This document shows positions 58,378-64,000 of a stretch of 64,000 bases of DNA, piece by piece. The stretch spans positions 480,001 through 544,000 of the forward strand of contig OZ241841.1 of assembly GCA_965202665.1 (NCBI GenBank). The letters run 5' to 3'. How positions within the stretch are numbered: the first letter of the stretch is position 1; the number at the start of each line of letters is the position of its first letter. The notes beneath the pieces were generated by a model, which was given only the letters and a program-made list of their open reading frames with translations, had not been told where the DNA came from and searched no databases. A program made the translations under genes and the position numbers. The stretch is from Candidatus Spongiisociaceae bacterium. GTDB taxonomy: Bacteria; Actinomycetota; Acidimicrobiia; Spongiisociales; Spongiisociaceae.

Positions 58378-59307
58378 ATGGCCGCCATGTCGGTTGACGT
58401 AAGCATCGTTTTGCCGGTGTACAACGAATCGGGGCATCTGGCCCGGGAGGTGCGGCGCATCGCCCAAGCCATGGACCGCTCCCCCTACCGGTACGAGATC
58501 ATCGTGGTGGACGACGGCTCCACCGACGATTGCCTGCGCGAGTTGGACGACCGGGGAGAAGCCGGGGAGCGGGTGCGGGTGGTCTCCTTTGCGCAAAACC
58601 GGGGGGCGGGGGCGGCCCGCAAAACGGGCACCGTGCTGGCCCGGGGGGAGACGGTGGTGTGGACCGACGCCGACATGACCTACCCGAACGACGACATCCC
58701 CCAACTGGTGGAGGGGTTGCCGGGCTGGGACATGGTGGTGGGGGCCCGCCGTTCCGAAGGCGGTTCGCTGCGCTGGTTGCGGGTGCCCGCCAAATGGCTG
58801 ATTCGCCAACTGGCCTCGTTTTTGGCCAACACCCGCATCCCCGACCTGAATTCGGGTTTCCGGGCTTTCCGCCGGGAAGTGGCCCTCCAGTACCTGCATC
58901 TGCTGCCCGCCGGGTTCAGTTGCGTGACCACCCTGACCATGAGTTTTCTGTCCAACGGGTATTCGGTGCGTTACACCCCCATTGATTACGCGCCCCGGGC
59001 GGGCCGTTCCAAATTCCATTGGCGGAGGGACACCGCCCGTTACCTGCGGCAGGTGATCCGCATGGTGCTCCTGTGGAATCCGCTCCGGTTCTTCGCCCCC
59101 ATCGGCTCCATTCTGGGAGCGGCCGGGGCGGGCAAACTGATTTACGACCTGGCCACCAAGGACCTGCGGGTGGCCACCAACACGGTGGTATTGCTGCTGA
59201 CCGCGGCCGCGGTGCTGGTGGTGGCGCTGGTGGCCGATTTGCTGGTGCAGATCAACAAACCCCGCGACTGGACGTTGCCCGCCGTCACCCCCGATCGCCA
59301 TTCCTGA
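58378..59307 (+). CDS. GT2, polyprenol-phosphate glycosyltransferase-like
   Basis: SIVLPVYNE, VDDGSTD, TDADMTY, DLNSGFR; two C-terminal TMs. Confidence 0.88.
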   Translation: MAAMSVDVSIVLPVYNESGHLAREVRRIAQAMDRSPYRYEIIVVDDGSTDDCLRELDDRGEAGERVRVVSFAQNRGAGAARKTGTVLARGETVVWTDADMTYPNDDIPQLVEGLPGWDMVVGARRSEGGSLRWLRVPAKWLIRQLASFLANTRIPDLNSGFRAFRREVALQYLHLLPAGFSCVTTLTMSFLSNGYSVRYTPIDYAPRAGRSKFHWRRDTARYLRQVIRMVLLWNPLRFFAPIGSILGAAGAGKLIYDLATKDLRVATNTVVLLLTAAAVLVVALVADLLVQINKPRDWTLPAVTPDRHS

Positions 59308-60388
59308 TCCGACCGGCCCCCGCATCGTCGTCGCCGGCTGGTTCGGCTCCGGCAACCTGGGCGATGAGCTGATCCTGCGGGCGCTGATCCGGGACCTGCG
59401 GGAGATGGGGGCGGAGCCGGCGGCGATAACCTCGGACGCCGACCACACCTGGCTCAACCATCGGATCGACTCCCATCTCCACCGTTCACCCCGGGATCAT
59501 CGCCGTTTGGCGGCCGGCCTGCGCCGGGCCGACGGCTTGGCCCTGACCGGGGGGCTGATTCAGAACGAAACTTCGGCCTGGAACCTGCCCTACCACGCCG
59601 GGCGGCTGTGGGCGGCGGGCGGGACTCCGGCGGCGGCGGTGGGGCTGGGGGCGGGGCGGGTGAACGGACGGTGGGGCAGGTTGGTGGCGGAGCGGATGAT
59701 GAGAAGGGCCGCCCCGGTGGTGGTGCGGGACCGGGATTCGGCCACCCGGTTAAGCGATTTGGGGGTGCGCAACGTCCGGGTGGGCGCGGATCCGGTCCTG
59801 GCTTTGGAACCGGACCCGGTGGCGGCGGGCAATACGATGTGCGTTATTCTGCGCCCCCCCAACCGGCCCGGGCCGGGGACGGCGGCCGCCAAAGCCCGCC
59901 CCCCCTCCCCGGAGCGGGCGCAAAGAACGGCGGAGGCGCTGGACGCGGCCGCCGACGACCTCGGTTTCACCATCCGCCTGGTGGCTTTCCACGACGGCCG
60001 GGACCGAGCGGTGCACGAGGAGGTGGCCCGGCGTTTGAAAGTCTCCGCCGAATTGGTCTCCCCGGGGCTGGAGGAGGCGGTGGCCGAGGTGGGGCGCAGC
60101 CGATTGGTGATCGCCATGCGCTACCACGGCGCGGTGGCGGCCCTGCTCACCGACCGGCCCGCGGTCCTGATCGACTATTCCCCCAAAATGCGCTCGCTGG
60201 CCGCCGAAGGCGGAGGGTGGGCCCCTTTGCTGGATTACCGGGGGCTGTCCCCCGACCGGTTGCGGGTCGCGGTGGGGGAGGCCATGGAACGACCGGAACG
60301 GGTGGCGGCCGCCCGGGAGGAGGCGCAATCGCGGTTGGCGATTAACCGGGGCGCCCTGGAGGAGCTGGCGGCGTGCGCAAAGCGGTGA
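59300..60388 (+). CDS. Polysaccharide pyruvyltransferase (CsaB-like); start non-canonical or uncertain
   Basis: In-frame upstream of the track's ATG 59405 reads RIVVAGWFGSGNLGDELIL. Downstream motifs are GGLIQ, VRDRDS, GADP, AMRYHG, YSPK. Confidence 0.75.
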   Translation: MPDPTGPRIVVAGWFGSGNLGDELILRALIRDLREMGAEPAAITSDADHTWLNHRIDSHLHRSPRDHRRLAAGLRRADGLALTGGLIQNETSAWNLPYHAGRLWAAGGTPAAAVGLGAGRVNGRWGRLVAERMMRRAAPVVVRDRDSATRLSDLGVRNVRVGADPVLALEPDPVAAGNTMCVILRPPNRPGPGTAAAKARPPSPERAQRTAEALDAAADDLGFTIRLVAFHDGRDRAVHEEVARRLKVSAELVSPGLEEAVAEVGRSRLVIAMRYHGAVAALLTDRPAVLIDYSPKMRSLAAEGGGWAPLLDYRGLSPDRLRVAVGEAMERPERVAAAREEAQSRLAINRGALEELAACAKR

Positions 60389-61371
60389 ACCCGGCGCGGG
60401 CCGACTACCGGAAATGGTTGAAATGGCTGCGCATCGCCTACCTGGCGGTTTTGGCGGGGGCGGCGGCGTGGGCGGCGGTGCGCTACCGGGCGGAGGTGGC
60501 GGACCTGCTGACCGGAACCCGGCCCGGCTGGCTGATCCTGTCGCTGATCAGCAGCCTGGGGATGATCTTGTGGGGGGCTTTGTTTTGGACTTGCTGCCTG
60601 CGCATGCTGGGTTCCCGCCCCAGTCTGCGGGAGGTGACGCTGGTCACCGCCCGCACCTTGCCCGCCCGATACATTCCCGGCTCGGTGTGGTTCGCGGTGG
60701 GGCGGGTGGGCCTGTTGCGCGTGCGGGGTTTGCCGCTCGGTTCGCTGAGCGTCACCGCCGGGTTGGAGATCGTGTTGAGCTTGGGAACGGCCTTGGCCTG
60801 CGGGGCGGCTATTTCCGGAGCGGTCGGGATTTTCCCGGGCGGTTATTGGTGGGTAATTCCGCTGGTGGCGTTGCTGATAGGGGGGGCCGCCCCGCCGCTG
60901 GGGGGCCGGGTTTTGCGCTGGGCGGCCGCCCGGCGGGGCTGGGAGTTGCGCCTCACCTGGTCCGGTTATTGGCGCCTGATGGGAATCACCCTGCTGTTCT
61001 GGGCCTGGTCGGCCATGACTTTCCTGTTCTACATGCGGGCCTTCCCGGCCGATGACCGGTTCGGGACCATCTTGGCGGCCGGGGCTTTTCTGCTCACCTG
61101 GGGGTTGTCGTTTCTGGCGCCGTTCGCCCCGCAGGGCATCGGCGTGTTCGAGGTGCTGTTGGCCTTGATGCTGGGAGTGGAGGAGGTGGCGGGGATGGCG
61201 GTGGTGTGGGGCGGCTACCGGATAATCATCGGAACCCGCGACATCCTGGCCGCCGCTCTGGCAGAATTGCTCGCCTCCCGCCGGGGAGCCCGGGCGGGGC
61301 GAGAAGAAGGAGAAGAACATGAGCGAAGAGACCGGTCCGTTTCGGACTTGGAACGGGGTGGAAAAGTTTGA
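60373..61371 (+). CDS. Lysylphosphatidylglycerol-synthase TM / flippase-like (UPF0104) membrane protein
   Basis: RYIPGSVW, PQGIGVFE, YR motifs; many TMs. Confidence 0.7.
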   Translation: MRKAVNPARADYRKWLKWLRIAYLAVLAGAAAWAAVRYRAEVADLLTGTRPGWLILSLISSLGMILWGALFWTCCLRMLGSRPSLREVTLVTARTLPARYIPGSVWFAVGRVGLLRVRGLPLGSLSVTAGLEIVLSLGTALACGAAISGAVGIFPGGYWWVIPLVALLIGGAAPPLGGRVLRWAAARRGWELRLTWSGYWRLMGITLLFWAWSAMTFLFYMRAFPADDRFGTILAAGAFLLTWGLSFLAPFAPQGIGVFEVLLALMLGVEEVAGMAVVWGGYRIIIGTRDILAAALAELLASRRGARAGREEGEEHERRDRSVSDLERGGKV

Positions 61372-61717
61372 GCTGTTTCCGGGGGTGTCGCTGCACGCCA
61401 TCGGAGGGGAGCAGGCGCTGGTGTGCCGGGTGACCTACGCCCCCGGCACCACCGTCTCCCGGCACCTCCACGAACACAGCGAACAGGTGGTGATCCTGCT
61501 GGACGGGGATCTGACTTTCACCATCGGGGAACACACCCGCCGGATGGGTCCGGGCGATACGGCGGTGGTGAACAAGGGCGTCCTCCACGAGTTGCACTCC
61601 GAGGGGGGTTGCGAATTCATCGAAGCCCTGTCCCCGTTGCCCCGCGACCATGTGCCGGACGCCGGACGCGACCTGGTGCTGGGCGAACAGGGAGACTCCC
61701 TGCACGTAGAACGGTAA
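61319..61717 (+). CDS. Cupin-domain protein
   Basis: HLHEHSEQ...G...H cupin motifs. Confidence 0.8.
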   Translation: MSEETGPFRTWNGVEKFELFPGVSLHAIGGEQALVCRVTYAPGTTVSRHLHEHSEQVVILLDGDLTFTIGEHTRRMGPGDTAVVNKGVLHELHSEGGCEFIEALSPLPRDHVPDAGRDLVLGEQGDSLHVER

Positions 61718-61734
61718 CCCCCTCCGCCGCCCCG

Positions 61735-62799
61735 CTACAGCCATTCGGCCAAGGCTTCAATGGCCTTTTGGGAAGGGTTGATGTCGGGGATGGAGGGGGG
61801 GCGGCGGAACCGTTGCGGGTCGGCTAGGAACCCTCCTATCACCGCCGGGTCGTAACGGCTCAGCGCTACGTTGGCGCCCAAGCCGTCCGGCCGTTCGGTG
61901 CGGTCCCGCCAGAGCAGGGTGGGAACGCCCAGCAGGGCGCATTCCTCCTGGATGGAGCCGCCGTCGGTTATCACCCAGGGGGCGGCGGCCAACAGCCCCG
62001 CGAATTCGGCGTGTCCCACCAGGGGGGTGACCACCACCCCGGCCCCGGCCAGCCGCCGCGCCGCCCGCTCTCCCAACGAGCGGCGGGTGGGGCCGTGCAT
62101 CACCCACCGCACCGGCCCCCACCCGGCCCGCTCCGCCGCCAAATCAACCAGCCCCTCTCGGCGGGAGCGGCGATGCAGGTTTTCCACCCGGTGCATGGTC
62201 ACCACCGCCGGGCCGTCCCCCCCGGCCGACGCCCCGGCCGCCCGCAGGGTTTCCAACCCGGTGTTGCCCCCCAGGTCCACCACCCGCCCCGGCGCGCCCA
62301 TCTCCCGCAGGTTGGCGGCGGCGACCGCGTCGGGGGCCAGCAGCACATCGGCCCGGCGGGCCGTCCGGTGGCGGATGATCTCCTCCGGGAAAGGGTGGAG
62401 CCAGCGGCGGGAGCGCAACCCCGACTCCAGATGGGCCACCGCCAACCCGGCCCGCCGGGCCAGGACCATTCCCAGCCAGGTGGAGGGGGTGTCGCCGTGC
62501 ACCAGGCAGGCCCCGCCCCGCCCCCCGAACACCTCCCGGCGCAGGCGGGCGGGGGAAAGCCATCGGGCCAGCAAACCGGCCGCCCAGCGCCCCGCCCGCC
62601 CCACCGACTCCACGTCTTCGACCCCTCCCAGCCGGAAGTCGGGGGGGCGCACCCCCAGCTCGGCCCGCAAGCCCTCGGCCAAGGCGGCGTGCTGCCCGGA
62701 ATCAATCAGCCGGTATTCCGCCCCCATCTCCTCCAAGCGGAGCAAAAGCGGCGCGCATTTGACGTATTGCGCCTTGGTTCCTATGAAAACGTGCAGCAC
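61735..62799 (-). CDS. wecB: UDP-N-acetylglucosamine 2-epimerase (WecB/MnaA family)
   Basis: GTKAQ, SGQH, HGDT, HLESGLRS, FPEE, HRVEN, TDGGSIQEE, TERP. GTG start at 62799. Confidence 0.8.
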   Translation of the reverse strand: MLHVFIGTKAQYVKCAPLLLRLEEMGAEYRLIDSGQHAALAEGLRAELGVRPPDFRLGGVEDVESVGRAGRWAAGLLARWLSPARLRREVFGGRGGACLVHGDTPSTWLGMVLARRAGLAVAHLESGLRSRRWLHPFPEEIIRHRTARRADVLLAPDAVAAANLREMGAPGRVVDLGGNTGLETLRAAGASAGGDGPAVVTMHRVENLHRRSRREGLVDLAAERAGWGPVRWVMHGPTRRSLGERAARRLAGAGVVVTPLVGHAEFAGLLAAAPWVITDGGSIQEECALLGVPTLLWRDRTERPDGLGANVALSRYDPAVIGGFLADPQRFRRPPSIPDINPSQKAIEALAEWL

Positions 62800-62822
62800 G
62801 GCCGCCCCCGGTCCCCCGCTCC

Positions 62823-63563
62823 TCAGCGGGCGGCGGCGACGGCGGCCCGATATTTTTCCACCACCTCCCCCGCGCCGTCCAAAGCCCGCACCTCCCCGCC
62901 CGCCAGCCACGTCGCCCGGTCGCACATTTCGGCCACCATGTTCAGCGAATGGCTGGCCACGATCACCGTTCCCCCCCGGGCCAGCAGGTCCCGCATCGCC
63001 CCCCGGCTTTTCTCCCGGAAACCGGCGTCCCCCACCGCCAGCACCTCGTCCAACAGCAAAATGTCGGGCCGCATCGCCAAAGAAATGGAAAAAGCCAGCC
63101 GGGACAGCATCCCCGACGAATAGGACTTGAGGGGGCGGTCGATGGCGTCCGCTATCCCCGAAAACTCCACTATTTCGTCGAACAAGTCCCTTATTTCCGC
63201 GTAACGCATCCCGTGCGCCAGGCCGCTCAGGAAAACGTTGCGCCGTCCGGACAGCTCCAGGTTGAACCCGGCCCCCAGTTGCAACAGGGTGGAGGTTTCG
63301 CCCCGCACCGTCACCCGGCCCGCATCGGGGCGCATGGTGCGGGCGATCACCCGCAACAGCGTGCTCTTGCCCGACCCGTTGTCGCCCACCAGGCCCATCG
63401 TCTCCCCTTTGACCACCTGCAGGGAAACGTCCCGCAGGGCCGCCACCTCCTCGGTTTTACGCAGGCCGCGCCGGGCGATCACCCGGCGCAAGGTGGGGGC
63501 CCGCTCCACGTAAGGGCGGTAGCGCACCCCCACCCCCTCCACTTCCACCACCGGCCCGCTCAC
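62823..63563 (-). CDS. Polysaccharide/teichoic-acid ABC exporter ATPase (Wzt/TagH)
   Basis: GDNGSGKST, ELSGRRN, YSSGM, LDEVLAVGD. GTGA overlap with the permease. Confidence 0.9.
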   Translation of the reverse strand: MSGPVVEVEGVGVRYRPYVERAPTLRRVIARRGLRKTEEVAALRDVSLQVVKGETMGLVGDNGSGKSTLLRVIARTMRPDAGRVTVRGETSTLLQLGAGFNLELSGRRNVFLSGLAHGMRYAEIRDLFDEIVEFSGIADAIDRPLKSYSSGMLSRLAFSISLAMRPDILLLDEVLAVGDAGFREKSRGAMRDLLARGGTVIVASHSLNMVAEMCDRATWLAGGEVRALDGAGEVVEKYRAAVAAAR

Positions 63564-64000
63564 AGGAACCTCACCATGTTGCCCTCCTGGCGGACGAAGC
63601 TGACGATCCCCACCGCTCCCAGCAGGGCCGTCCAGGCCAGGGCGATGAGCAGGGCCTCCCCGTCCCAGGGCCGTCCCATCAGGGCGGTGCGGTAGAAAGT
63701 CAGCAGGCCGAACATGGGGTTGTAGGAGGCGGCGGTTTCCAGCCATCCGCCCCGGTCGGCCAGCAGGCTGAGAGGCCAGATAATCGGCGACAGGTACAGC
63801 CACAACCGGGTGAGATGGGGGAGCAGGTTGTTAATGTCCCGGAAGGGGATGGCCAGGCGGGCGGTGAGGGCCGCCAACCCCAAGTTGAAAACGGTGTGGG
63901 CGGCGAAAGCCGGAACCAGCCATATCAGATGCCATCCCGGCCCCACCCCGTCGGCCGGCCAGGCGATGAAATAGTAGATGGCGACCGAAAACAAGAACCC
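63560..64000 (-). CDS. Polysaccharide ABC exporter permease (Wzm/TagG), 5' end outside the window
   Basis: PFRDI..LL...TRLWLYLSPIIW, YNPM; coupled to the Wzt ATPase. Confidence 0.85.
   Translation of the reverse strand, partial: GFLFSVAIYYFIAWPADGVGPGWHLIWLVPAFAAHTVFNLGLAALTARLAIPFRDINNLLPHLTRLWLYLSPIIWPLSLLADRGGWLETAASYNPMFGLLTFYRTALMGRPWDGEALLIALAWTALLGAVGIVSFVRQEGNMVRFL

Overview
High-GC window, probably from an actinobacterium. This is inferred from the FmdB/galU/moeA/moaC/GlpR-like/tRNA-Ala(CGC) neighbourhood and the style of the SLH repeats; Acidimicrobiia-like is a guess. Positions 1-34,331 are a head-to-tail array of at least five paralogous giant (about 1,850-2,380 aa) secreted proteins on the minus strand. 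Each has a signal peptide, an AT-rich hypervariable N-terminal tip, a long stalk of Calx-beta-like repeats, a Pro/Gly linker and C-terminal SLH-like repeats. Each gene has its own promoter, TTGACA-[A/T]ATT-G(11-12)-TAGCGT, with a poly-G tract filling the -35/-10 spacer, the classic layout of a slipped-strand phase-variable promoter. The paralogues are mosaics of one another, and each shows a strong 5'-G/T to 3'-C/A shift in synonymous codon use. The rest of the window holds housekeeping and envelope genes: a phosphotransferase, YczE, gap plus a coupled Cys-less GAPDH paralogue, ferredoxin, a lipoprotein, tRNA-Ala, translin, moaC, moeA, galU, plsY, mobA, uppP, pepA and a SpoIID-SLH protein. It also holds a surface-polysaccharide cluster (glycosyltransferases, CsaB-like pyruvyltransferase, UDP-GlcNAc 2-epimerase, Wzm/Wzt ABC exporter) and a candidate ~90-nt small RNA.
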